Shown here one piece after another: positions 32,900-41,936 of a stretch of DNA of 64,000 nucleotides. The translations under genes and the position numbers were made by a program. The notes beneath the pieces are model-generated. The model was not told where the DNA came from and ran no database searches. It worked only from the letters and a program-made list of their open reading frames with translations. Within the stretch, counting starts at the first letter, position 1; each line of letters opens with the position of its first letter. The stretch lies in assembly GCA_039586495.1 (NCBI GenBank), contig JBDHKG010000033.1, positions 5,689 through 69,688 on the forward strand. Reading direction: 5' to 3'. This stretch comes from Gemmatimonadota bacterium. Its GTDB lineage: Bacteria > Gemmatimonadota > Gemmatimonadetes > Palauibacterales > KS3-K002.

Positions 32900-33757
32900 A
32901 TGCAGAAACGGAGAAAGGGCGTCCACAGCAGACGCAAGCGGAGTTCGGGCCGGGGCCAGGTGAAACGGCTGCCGCGCGGCCGCTTCACGGAAGACGAGCG
33001 CCTGTTCAGCCGACAGATCACGGCGCCCGAGCTGGCCGAGGTTCACGAGCCACCGGTAGGAGAGAGACTCGCCGAACCGCTTCCAGAGACGCTCCAGGAC
33101 CCCTGGCGGGTCTTCCGGATCATGGGCGAGTTCGTGGACGGGTTTGACGCGCTGGCGCGCGTTGACAAGGCGGTGGCGATCTTTGGCTCGGCCCGAACGC
33201 AGACCACCGATCCCGACTATCGTGCGGCCACCGAGACTTGCCGATTACTGGCCGAGGCAGGCTTCGCCATCATGACCGGTGCCGGGCCCGGCATTATGGA
33301 AGCGGCCAACAAGGGTGCCCGGCTGGGCGGTGGACTCTCCATCGGACTGAACATCGAGCTCCCGCTCGAGCAGGCCGTCAACCGGAACGTGGAGCTGAGC
33401 CTCACCTTCCGCTACTTCTTCGTGCGCAAGACGATGTTCGTTAGGTACTCTGAAGGGTTCGTCATCTTTCCCGGCGGTTACGGCACGATGGACGAGCTGT
33501 TCGAGGCACTCACTCTCATCCAGACCGGCAAGGTCCACAACTTCCCGCTGGTGATCTACAACACTCGCTACTATGCGCCGCTGATCCGTTGGCTGCGCAG
33601 CAGGGGGCTTGGGGAAGGGAAGCTTTCCGCCAGTGACCTTGATATCATCAGTATGGCCAACAGTCCCGATGAAGCCGCTCGGATCATCGTGGACGCGTAT
33701 GAGGCGCGCAACGGGCGGCCGGGAGTAGCAGAGGTGGCATCGGCGCGGGGGCGCTAA
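32900..33757 (+). CDS. LOG-family (TIGR00730-type) Rossmann-fold nucleotide hydrolase
   Basis: VAIFGSAR, TGAGPGIMEAANKGA, and PGGYGTMDELFEALTLIQTGK. The start codon is uncertain. Confidence 0.8.
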   Translation: MQKRRKGVHSRRKRSSGRGQVKRLPRGRFTEDERLFSRQITAPELAEVHEPPVGERLAEPLPETLQDPWRVFRIMGEFVDGFDALARVDKAVAIFGSARTQTTDPDYRAATETCRLLAEAGFAIMTGAGPGIMEAANKGARLGGGLSIGLNIELPLEQAVNRNVELSLTFRYFFVRKTMFVRYSEGFVIFPGGYGTMDELFEALTLIQTGKVHNFPLVIYNTRYYAPLIRWLRSRGLGEGKLSASDLDIISMANSPDEAARIIVDAYEARNGRPGVAEVASARGR

Positions 33758-33875
33758 ACGTAACCCATCATACACTCTTTAGCAGAAGGCTCCGCCCGTG
33801 CGCCTCCGCTTGCCCGACTGAGGACCAGGTTGGTAGCTTGCCTCCGCGGTTCATTCACTCACAACCTCGACTGCC

Positions 33876-34985
33876 ATGGGCAATCAGCCGGAGCGCGGCG
33901 GCAGCTCGTACCTGAGCGGACCGCCGATCGATCCCCCGTCCATCGACGGGTCGGAACGTGTTGCCGATCTCATCGACCGGGCGTTCCTCGCCTACAACGC
34001 AGGCAGGCTGCGGGAGGCGTGTCGCCTATTCGTGGAGAAGGTGTTGGAGGCGGACGTCACCGTCGGACTCAGCCTGAGCGGTGCGCTCACTCCTGCCGGG
34101 CTCGGTATGTCGGCGCTGATACCGCTGGTTGAGGCGGGGTTTGTCGACTGGATCGTCTCGACCGGGGCGATCCTCTACCACGACACGCACTTCGGCCTCG
34201 GCCTGGAGCTGCGGCGTGGCCGCCCCAACGTGAGCGATGTGGAGCTTCGCGAGGAAGGCGTGGTGCGCATCTACGACATCTTCTTCGACTACGAGGTGCT
34301 GCTGTCTACGGACGCGTTCTTCCGCGGGATCATGGAGGGCCAAGAGTTTCAGCGGACGATGGGGACCGCGGAGCTCCACCATCTCTGCGGTCGCTACGTG
34401 CGCGAGCGGGAGCAGGCGCTAGGGCTCGCCCGCAAGTCGTTGCTCGCGGCTTGCTACGAGGCGGGCGTGCCGGTCTATACGCCATCGCCGGGCGATTCGA
34501 GTATCGGCATGAACGTAGCAGAGCGGGCGCTCGCAGGCGGGCGACTCCACATCGATTCATCGATCGATGTGAACGAGACGGCGGCTATCGTGCTGGGCGC
34601 GAAGCGTGCGGGCGGAAAGAGCGCCGTGGTGATCATGGGCGGCGGTAGCCCCAAGAACTTCGTACTGCAGACGGAACCACAGATACAGGAAGTGCTGCGG
34701 TTGGAAGAGGCAGGGCACGATTACTTCATCCAGATCACGGATGCGCGTCCCGATACGGGTGGGCTCTCTGGCGCCACCCCAGCGGAGGCGGTGAGCTGGG
34801 GTAAGGTGGACCCGGACGCGCTGCCGGATACGGTGGCCTGCTACCTCGACGTGAGCGTCGGGCTGCCGCTGTTCACGGCGTACGCGCTGGCGCGATGCAA
34901 GCCGCGAACCCCTAAACGGCTCTATGACCGTCGTAGTGAGTTGTTGGAGCTCCTCGAGCGCGAGTACCGGGAGGCCCGTGACTGA
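33876..34985 (+). CDS. Deoxyhypusine synthase-like protein
   Basis: 369 aa. [33 protein letters not shown], and [23 protein letters not shown] resemble DHS-family motifs. Confidence 0.75.
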   Translation: MGNQPERGGSSYLSGPPIDPPSIDGSERVADLIDRAFLAYNAGRLREACRLFVEKVLEADVTVGLSLSGALTPAGLGMSALIPLVEAGFVDWIVSTGAILYHDTHFGLGLELRRGRPNVSDVELREEGVVRIYDIFFDYEVLLSTDAFFRGIMEGQEFQRTMGTAELHHLCGRYVREREQALGLARKSLLAACYEAGVPVYTPSPGDSSIGMNVAERALAGGRLHIDSSIDVNETAAIVLGAKRAGGKSAVVIMGGGSPKNFVLQTEPQIQEVLRLEEAGHDYFIQITDARPDTGGLSGATPAEAVSWGKVDPDALPDTVACYLDVSVGLPLFTAYALARCKPRTPKRLYDRRSELLELLEREYREARD

Positions 34986-34998
34986 CAGATCGGTGTGC

Positions 34999-36105
34999 TT
35001 AGCCGCCGATGCCGGGCCAGCGGTCGACCGGGTCGCTTGAGCGGACGATGTGCATGCCGGTGTCAGCGAAACGCTGGAAGGCCTCGTCCGCCTGCACAGT
35101 GAAATCGACGACGCCGGGCACGACTACGGGCGAAGTGCAGTCCTCGAGCAGGTACACCTTCCTGACCAGCTCCGGATCCTGAGCGCGCAGCTCGGTGAGC
35201 AAGTCGTGGATGGTCCAGGCCACGCAATGGCTCTTGGCCTGGCCGGCGATGATCACCGCGTCGAACCCGAGGAGCTTTTCGATCAGCGGCGCGTTCCTCT
35301 CGGTGATCGCCTCCCCGTTTGGCCCGTCCATCACCTCGGGATGCAGGACCGAGTAGTGCTCGGTCAGTGGGTTGTTTCCCTTGATCTCGAAGCGGGGCTG
35401 ACTGCTGCGCGCCAGGCAATGGAAGAACAGAGCTTCCTCGACGGCGGAGACCAGGGCATGGCCGATGCCGCCCAGCATCGCATGATAGGACCAGATAAGA
35501 AGGGGGTACTTTCCGCCCTCTGTTAGCGTTCGCACATAGTGCAGCGCGTGGCGCTTTAGGTAGTCGTAGTCCCCGCCGGCCACACTCATCGCGACCGCCG
35601 GGTTCACTTTCCAGACGCCCTTCTCTACATCCTCCGCTGAGATGATGGTCTGGCCGCCTATCGGGTGCTGGCCGTCAGCGTTCACCCAGAACACGGGGTG
35701 GAAGATCTGTATGGCGGCGTGCGTGTCCAGGGTAGGAGCGATTTGGGTGATCACGCCCAGATTGCGGTAGATGAACTCGCACAGCCGAACGTTATCCTCG
35801 ACAGCACCACGGCCGGAGCCACCGGCCACGAAGAGCTCGAACCCCGGGATGCAGAAGGTGTTCTGGCAGTCCACCAGCACCAGGCACACGGTGAACTCGT
35901 CTTCCGCAGCCGGGCGAAGGCAGTGCTCCTGAGCCCAGGCGGCCGCTTCTGCGGCGCGTTGTGCGTACGGTACCTGCCACACCTCACCAACACGCGCCGG
36001 ATCGAAGTGCGGCGGGATGGGCAGCTGCTTAGCCCTCACGGTGGCCCTCCTTCTTGAGGCCAGGTTGCCAAAGCCGGGATGCAACCAAGGGCTGTCACGG
36101 TGCAT
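34999..36105 (-). CDS. Isochorismatase-family cysteine hydrolase (nicotinamidase-like)
   Basis: [10 protein letters not shown] (catalytic Asp region) and [14 protein letters not shown] (catalytic Cys region). Start uncertain. Confidence 0.6.
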   Translation of the reverse strand: MHRDSPWLHPGFGNLASRRRATVRAKQLPIPPHFDPARVGEVWQVPYAQRAAEAAAWAQEHCLRPAAEDEFTVCLVLVDCQNTFCIPGFELFVAGGSGRGAVEDNVRLCEFIYRNLGVITQIAPTLDTHAAIQIFHPVFWVNADGQHPIGGQTIISAEDVEKGVWKVNPAVAMSVAGGDYDYLKRHALHYVRTLTEGGKYPLLIWSYHAMLGGIGHALVSAVEEALFFHCLARSSQPRFEIKGNNPLTEHYSVLHPEVMDGPNGEAITERNAPLIEKLLGFDAVIIAGQAKSHCVAWTIHDLLTELRAQDPELVRKVYLLEDCTSPVVVPGVVDFTVQADEAFQRFADTGMHIVRSSDPVDRWPGIGG

Positions 36106-36500
36106 CCAAACTAGTGGGACGATAGGGAAAGTGAAAACCTGAAGCGTCCCCGGCGAAGCGGCGAGCAGACAGCGATGCGCTTCGCTAGCCTCGTGGAGCA
36201 GCTGTGGAGGTATAGATCGACAAGGGCACGCTAGACTATCACTTCACGTCGTGAGACACGGAACAGGGCGCCCAGGCGGTTGCCCTTTCTCGTCAATCGT
36301 GCCTTGTAGTCGGTCGGCTGCCAGCGCCTGCCGCAATCTTGCTGCCCCCACCACCGGCTCTGAGACCGCTGCAATTGCGCCATCTTGGGATAACCCTCAC
36401 GGCTGGATGATTCGCGCCCTTCGAGCCCTTGCCCGGGTGGGCTTAGCTCGTATCGTGGTGATCGGTTCGCATCGCAGCATGTTCGGCCGACCGAGGTAGG

Positions 36501-38087
36501 GTGATGCTCAGTCTACGTGCGTCGCGATTCGCCGGGACCAAGGAACGTTCTGTAGCGGTCGTTACGATAGTGTCGTTCTCCCTGGCGGCGGCGATCCTAC
36601 TGCGTTTCGAGGCGATGTCGGCCAAGTACATGATCACCCGCGACGAGGCCATCTCGTATCTCTCAGCAACCTGTCATCAGAGGGCCTATCAGCAGAAGGC
36701 AGGGGAGTTCACGGCACAACCCGTCCCGGCCGCCGAATGGAAAGCCCTGTTTCAGCGTGTCGAGTACCCCTTCTGCTTTCGACGCATCAGTGCCGACCTT
36801 CGTCAGACTGACATTCACCCGCCCCTGTACTTTTGGATGCTGCATGTCTGGTCGCTCCTCTATGGTGTAGAGCTGTGGACAGGCCCCTACCTCAACATGT
36901 TGATCGCGGTGCTGGCAACGCTCTCCCTCTTCGGCCTGGCGGCCTACAGCCTGCGCAGCGAATGGGAGGCCGCGTTAGTCACGTTCACCTACGCCCTGAG
37001 CCCGGCCGTGGTCTTCGTCTCCATGGAGGCACGGCAGTACGACCTTCTGGGTTTCTGGAGCGTCTTGGTCGTGTGGCAGCTCCTGCGGCACACCGATCCG
37101 GCGAGGCGGCCGCGAGTGGGGGAAAGCGTCCTGCTGGCCGCGCTGACGCTGGCCGGCGCGCTGACGCATTATCATTTCGCGCTACTCTTGGCGGCCTGCA
37201 TTGTATACGCCGTGTTCAGGCTGTACGCCCGTGACAGACGCCGACTGGCGGCCACGCTCGTCGCCCTGACGAGCGGTTATCTGTTGTCTTGGGCGATCCA
37301 CCCGGCATTCGGTGCTTTTGGGCGTGCCGCCGAGCAGAACCAGGGCTTCGACCTCGGAGTTCTGCCAGCTCGATGGGGCGCCGTCGTATGGAGCTTTCGT
37401 TCCTTCACGTACGTCGGGATCCTGGTGCTAGTCCTGCTGATTCTGGCCCTGGCCCTGTATCTGACACGGCGCGACGTGTTGGTCAGGCGGTTGCGCGCGG
37501 TGGATCGCTCTGGCACGTACGCTCTCTTCTTTTTCGTCTGGACGGCGGGCGCGATTGTATTCCTCTACCTTGCGTTTCTGAGCCCGGCTCATGCCATGTC
37601 ACCGAAGTATCTCGCCGTGGCGTGGCCTTTCCTGGCGTTCGTTCCCGTTTTCATCGCTCGCCTCATCCCACCGCGCGCGCTGATAACGTTGTGCCTGTAC
37701 GTGGCTCCGCTGGTACTCGCCAGCGGCTTCAGAGCGCACACCCGCCAGGTCAGACAGGACGCTCCACCTACTGCTGTTCCGAGCGTGGACGCCCTCGTGC
37801 TGGACAACACAGCGCGAGCCGTACTTCCGCGGCTGCTCTGGCACGTGCCGAATGAACAGCCGGTGATCGCAGGGATGCAGGACTGGCTGCTGGACCACTC
37901 CGACGAGTGGGTCACCCACCTGGGCGATAACAGCCTCTTCGTCAGTGTGCGGAGTTCTGGGAACACGGAGGCGAAGCGCACGGAGCTGCTCACAACGATC
38001 TCTCGAGCAGGATACCGCATCTACAGGGTCAACGGAGGCGTATTGGCCTTGGGGCCGGTGTTCAGATTGGAGCGACCGCAGGAGTGA
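36501..38087 (+). CDS. GT-C fold membrane glycosyltransferase (GT39/GT83, ArnT/PMT-like)
   Basis: About 10 or more TM helices. The N-terminal loop motif is DEAISYL...DIHPPLYFWMLHVW, typical of polyprenyl-phosphate-sugar-dependent transferases. Confidence 0.7.
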   Translation: MMLSLRASRFAGTKERSVAVVTIVSFSLAAAILLRFEAMSAKYMITRDEAISYLSATCHQRAYQQKAGEFTAQPVPAAEWKALFQRVEYPFCFRRISADLRQTDIHPPLYFWMLHVWSLLYGVELWTGPYLNMLIAVLATLSLFGLAAYSLRSEWEAALVTFTYALSPAVVFVSMEARQYDLLGFWSVLVVWQLLRHTDPARRPRVGESVLLAALTLAGALTHYHFALLLAACIVYAVFRLYARDRRRLAATLVALTSGYLLSWAIHPAFGAFGRAAEQNQGFDLGVLPARWGAVVWSFRSFTYVGILVLVLLILALALYLTRRDVLVRRLRAVDRSGTYALFFFVWTAGAIVFLYLAFLSPAHAMSPKYLAVAWPFLAFVPVFIARLIPPRALITLCLYVAPLVLASGFRAHTRQVRQDAPPTAVPSVDALVLDNTARAVLPRLLWHVPNEQPVIAGMQDWLLDHSDEWVTHLGDNSLFVSVRSSGNTEAKRTELLTTISRAGYRIYRVNGGVLALGPVFRLERPQE

Positions 38088-38143
38088 CAACCGGTTGGTG
38101 CGGGGAGGGCAGGGGCCGGGCGATTCCTCCCGACGGCACTCCG

Positions 38144-38944
38144 TCAGAGGTTCGTGCGCTTGAAGACGAATTCAGGGAGGAGCCTGATCACCCACATGAT
38201 GTAGCGCCAGAACCAGGGCACGTAGATCACATCCTTCTGCTTCTTCACAGCCTTCACGATCGCCTTGCCGACCACCTCGGGATCGGCAGCCAGCCGCGCT
38301 GGCACCTCACCGAAGGTCATTCGCGTGTCGATGAACCCTGGCTTGACGGTCAGGACCTGGACGCCGCGACTATGCAGCCTGTTGCGCAGGCCCTGAAGGA
38401 AGAGGGAAAGGCCGCCCTTCGCCGATCCGTAGATGTAGTTGCTCGCCCGGCCTCGATCGCCTGCCACGGAGGAGACTCCGACGATGAACCCACGTCCCGC
38501 CTGCTCAAAGTGGTTGGCCAGGTGAGTGAGGACACTCGACGCTCCCACGTAGTTGATGCGGATGATCTCCTCGGCATGAGAGAAGTCGCTGCGCGCGCGC
38601 TCCGAGTCGCCTAGGAGGCCGAACACGACGATGACGCCTGCGAGCGCGTGACCGCAGTTGGCCAGAACGCGTGCAACGAAATCCTGATGGGATTCGGTGT
38701 CAGATGCGTCGAACGTCTCGGTTCTCACATCCGCAGCCCGACGGATGCGAATGTCGGCGGCCACGCGCTCTAACTCGTCCGGGGCGCGACCGGCCAGAAG
38801 GAGGTCGTAGCCCGCGTTTGCGAATGACAGCGCGATCGCGCGGGCGATCTGCGAAGTGGCGCCGAGTATGAGCACGGTGCCCGCCGACGGCGGTCTCTGC
38901 GTCCCTCTGTCCGAGCTGGAGCGGAGCTTCGCTTGGCCGCTCAT
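38144..38944 (-). CDS. Short-chain dehydrogenase/reductase, DprE2-like
   Basis: The ATG overlaps the stop of the DprE1-like gene (ATGA). Rossmann motif VLILGATSQIARAIALSF and catalytic YGSAK. Position downstream of a DprE1-like oxidase. Confidence 0.75.
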   Translation of the reverse strand: MSGQAKLRSSSDRGTQRPPSAGTVLILGATSQIARAIALSFANAGYDLLLAGRAPDELERVAADIRIRRAADVRTETFDASDTESHQDFVARVLANCGHALAGVIVVFGLLGDSERARSDFSHAEEIIRINYVGASSVLTHLANHFEQAGRGFIVGVSSVAGDRGRASNYIYGSAKGGLSLFLQGLRNRLHSRGVQVLTVKPGFIDTRMTFGEVPARLAADPEVVGKAIVKAVKKQKDVIYVPWFWRYIMWVIRLLPEFVFKRTNL

Positions 38945-40278
38945 GGCAGGAGCTCCAGACGTCGTGCCAGATCGGAGCTGAGCCGATTTGCCGGGTCGAA
39001 TCGGCTCTTGATCTCCAGCCACTTCTCGAGATGCGGATACATCGCGCGGACCGCTTCCGGCGAGGTTCGCGCATCCTTCGCCAGATAGACCCGACCGCCG
39101 AGGTCGATGACGATGTCGTCGAGTCGGCTCAGCAAGTCCAACACACCGGACCCACGGCGCGGAACATCGGCGGCTAGCGTGTAACCTGGCATCGGAAACG
39201 ACAGAGGCAGCTCGGGGTTCCCAGATCCAAACCTCTTCAGGACAGCCAGGAACACCCCGGGACCCGACTTCCGCAACAGCTCCAGCATCTTGACGAGACC
39301 GTCACGGCCATCGTCGTAGGGTAGTACGGCCTGGTACTGGAAGAATCCGTTCCGGCCGTAGAGTCTGTTCCAGTCTCGGATGCCATCTAGAGGGAAGAAG
39401 AACGACTCGTAACCGCTCAGCACGCCCCGCGCTTGGCGAGGGTGCTTTCTGTAGTACAAGCCGTTAAATGCCCGGATCGAGCCTCTGTTCAAAAGAAACG
39501 ACGGCGCTGTGCTCGGGACAGAGATCCCCCTGCGCTTCTCTGGCCTCAGCACGGCGGCTTCGGATCCCGTCGCCGGGTTCCCGCGCATGAGCACAGAGCG
39601 GCCCAGCCCGCGCGTGCCGCCTCCGACGCAATCGATCCAAGCCACGGAGTACTTGTACCGTTCGTCAGACTCGTGGAACAACTCCAGCGCTCGATCCAGA
39701 TCCTTGGCACGATCGTAGTCCGCTACTACGCGCGGGTCCTCGATCGGAATCAGGCGCAGTCGCAGCTGAGTGATGATGCCGGTTAGTCCCATGCCGCCCA
39801 CGGTGGCTTGGAACAACTCGACGTTCTCGTCACGACTGCAGTGCACCAGCCCGCCGTCGGCCGTCAGAAGCGAGAAGTCTATCACATGCCGCCCGAACGA
39901 CCCGTCCTTGTGATGGTTCTTTCCGTGTATGTCACACGCCAGCGCGCCCCCGAGCGTCACGAACTTTGTGCCCGGGATGACGGGTGGAAGGAAGCCGCGC
40001 GGGATGAAATGCTCGAGTATCTCTCCGATCGTCACTCCCGCCTCGCACTCCAAAGCCCCCGTTGACGGGTCGAAATCAAGAAAGCGGTTCAGCCGTTCTG
40101 TCAGTACGGTGCAGCCTGAGCTGTTGAAGGAGGCGTCCCCGTAACTGCGCCCCAGTCCGCGGGCGATGGCCGATCCGGAGCTGTGAAGCGGCACCTTGAG
40201 CTCGCCCAATCGTTCCGGGCGATGCACTTCGCTGATGCCGACGGGATAGCGACCCCAGCCCGAGAGTGGAGTACGCAC
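38941..40278 (-). CDS. FAD-binding oxidase, DprE1-like (decaprenylphosphoryl-beta-D-ribose oxidase family)
   Basis: LSGWGRYP..., GLGRSYGDAS, TLGGALACDIHGKNHH. Length of 445 aa and the cluster context fit. Confidence 0.75.
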   Translation of the reverse strand: MRTPLSGWGRYPVGISEVHRPERLGELKVPLHSSGSAIARGLGRSYGDASFNSSGCTVLTERLNRFLDFDPSTGALECEAGVTIGEILEHFIPRGFLPPVIPGTKFVTLGGALACDIHGKNHHKDGSFGRHVIDFSLLTADGGLVHCSRDENVELFQATVGGMGLTGIITQLRLRLIPIEDPRVVADYDRAKDLDRALELFHESDERYKYSVAWIDCVGGGTRGLGRSVLMRGNPATGSEAAVLRPEKRRGISVPSTAPSFLLNRGSIRAFNGLYYRKHPRQARGVLSGYESFFFPLDGIRDWNRLYGRNGFFQYQAVLPYDDGRDGLVKMLELLRKSGPGVFLAVLKRFGSGNPELPLSFPMPGYTLAADVPRRGSGVLDLLSRLDDIVIDLGGRVYLAKDARTSPEAVRAMYPHLEKWLEIKSRFDPANRLSSDLARRLELLP

Positions 40279-40288
40279 CGAGCGCCTC

Positions 40289-41851
40289 TTAGGTGGCGAG
40301 CCAGATGGTGAAGAGGAACACGGACATGACGAGGTAGGTGATGCGATCCCGCAGCGCGAACGCTACCGGGTCCTCGCGGAGCATTCCGCGTCCTGCAAGG
40401 ATCCAGACACGACCGATCCAATAGAGGAACAGTGGTAGCCCCAACCAGAGCCAGTCCGGGCTACTGTAGAGCCTGCGCACGTCGTCACCGCTGACGTACA
40501 GGCAGTACACGAGCGCGCTCGCGGCGGCAGCGGCGGCCCCGAGGGCGGTCAGCACGGGGACGTCTTCGACCCGGTAGTCGCGGCCGGTGGCTCTCTCGCG
40601 GTTCCTGGCTCTCACCGCATCCAGCTCGACGACTCTCTTCACCAGAGCCAGCGAGAAGAAGAAGAAGATGGAGAAGACGAGGAACCAGCGAGACAGCGGG
40701 ACGTCGACCAGGGTCGCCCCTGCGATGATGCGCATCGTGTAGAGCGTCGCCAGTGTGATGACGTCGAGAACGAGCTGCGGCTTCAGAAGCCAAGAGTATG
40801 CGATGGCAAGGGCGAAGTAGAGACCGAGGAGACCAGTGAACGTCGGTGAAAGAGTCCAGGCCAGTGCCGCGCTCGAGAGCAACAGCGCGAACGTCATAAG
40901 CAGTGCCGAGGGGATCGACAGGTCGCCAGCTGCGAGCGGCCTGTTGCGCTTCACCGGGTGCGCGCGATCTCCACGCAGATCGGCGATGTCGTTCAGCAGA
41001 TATCCGGCCGAGGCCAGCGCCGAGAAGGCGGCGAAGCCTGCGACGAGCCGAAGCCCGAGCGGCAGGGTGGGTTGGAGGTGCGCCGCCACAGCGGGCAAGA
41101 ACATCAGGGTGTTCTTTGCCCATTGATGCGGTCGCAGCGCCCGGACGGCCGACTGCCAGCGGCGACGGTCCTGAGCCATCACGACTAAGTCCGACCGGGC
41201 CCGCCTGGCGCGCCACAGCGTTGCGTACCCCGGGTTGAGGGATATCGCGCACCTGGCTGCTCGCCAGAGGGGGAGATCGGCCCTGCTGTTGCCAACATAG
41301 TCGAACTCCGGGAACTCCTCCTGAATCTTGGCCAATTTTGCCCGTCCGGAAAGATTCCTGCCACCATGGCTTCCCCACACCAAATCGGCACCCAGGGACG
41401 TTCCGAGTTCACTGAGCTGATCCTCATTCGCTCCGGATGCGAGGACGATCGTGCGCCCCTCGGCGCGCGCCTGTTCGATGAGTTCGACGACCCGAGGATT
41501 CAGCGGCACATCCACTGCGCGGACACCGCTCGCGCGCGCCACAAACGCTTTCACGGCCGCTCGGCCCCGAAGCAGGTTCCCGACGACCCCCAAGAGAGCC
41601 GTCGGTCCACGTGTGAGCAGGCAAGCCAAGCCTTCCCAGAGCAGATCGGACTTCAGAAGAGTTCCGTCGAGGTCAACGACCAGGGGGACCGCATCGTCGT
41701 TGGTTGCCTCCCGTCGATGTGCGAGATCTCGATCCGGCACCGTAGTCACTGAGTCCTCTATCTCGAGTAGGACCCGCCACCAGGGGCAGCGGGCGGCGGG
41801 GTGTGGGGAGGGCAGGTAGTCGAACTGCCGGTTAAACCACGCTCGCACCAC
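40289..41851 (-). CDS. HAD-like phosphatase fused to UbiA-family prenyl-phosphate phosphoribosyltransferase (Rv3806c-like)
   Basis: N-terminal HAD motif I is LVVDLDGTLLKSD. The C-terminal UbiA motif is YLLNDIADLRGDRAHPVKRNRPLAAG, with 7-8 TM helices. Confidence 0.75.
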   Translation of the reverse strand: MVRAWFNRQFDYLPSPHPAARCPWWRVLLEIEDSVTTVPDRDLAHRREATNDDAVPLVVDLDGTLLKSDLLWEGLACLLTRGPTALLGVVGNLLRGRAAVKAFVARASGVRAVDVPLNPRVVELIEQARAEGRTIVLASGANEDQLSELGTSLGADLVWGSHGGRNLSGRAKLAKIQEEFPEFDYVGNSRADLPLWRAARCAISLNPGYATLWRARRARSDLVVMAQDRRRWQSAVRALRPHQWAKNTLMFLPAVAAHLQPTLPLGLRLVAGFAAFSALASAGYLLNDIADLRGDRAHPVKRNRPLAAGDLSIPSALLMTFALLLSSAALAWTLSPTFTGLLGLYFALAIAYSWLLKPQLVLDVITLATLYTMRIIAGATLVDVPLSRWFLVFSIFFFFSLALVKRVVELDAVRARNRERATGRDYRVEDVPVLTALGAAAAAASALVYCLYVSGDDVRRLYSSPDWLWLGLPLFLYWIGRVWILAGRGMLREDPVAFALRDRITYLVMSVFLFTIWLAT

Positions 41852-41936
41852 AAGATGGAAGGTAAGCCAGAGCCGGTCAACGCCATCGGCCTTATGGCGC
41901 AGCCCAACTCGTCCGCATGACGCTGTGACCCGACGA

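Noticed and set aside
36251-36499. 82-aa ORF in the 395-nt spacer upstream of the GT-C gene
   Set aside because: Ala/Arg/Ser-rich with no recognisable family or RBS. The spacer is left unannotated, and a GCGAAGCG...CGCTTCGC hairpin there is too weak to call.
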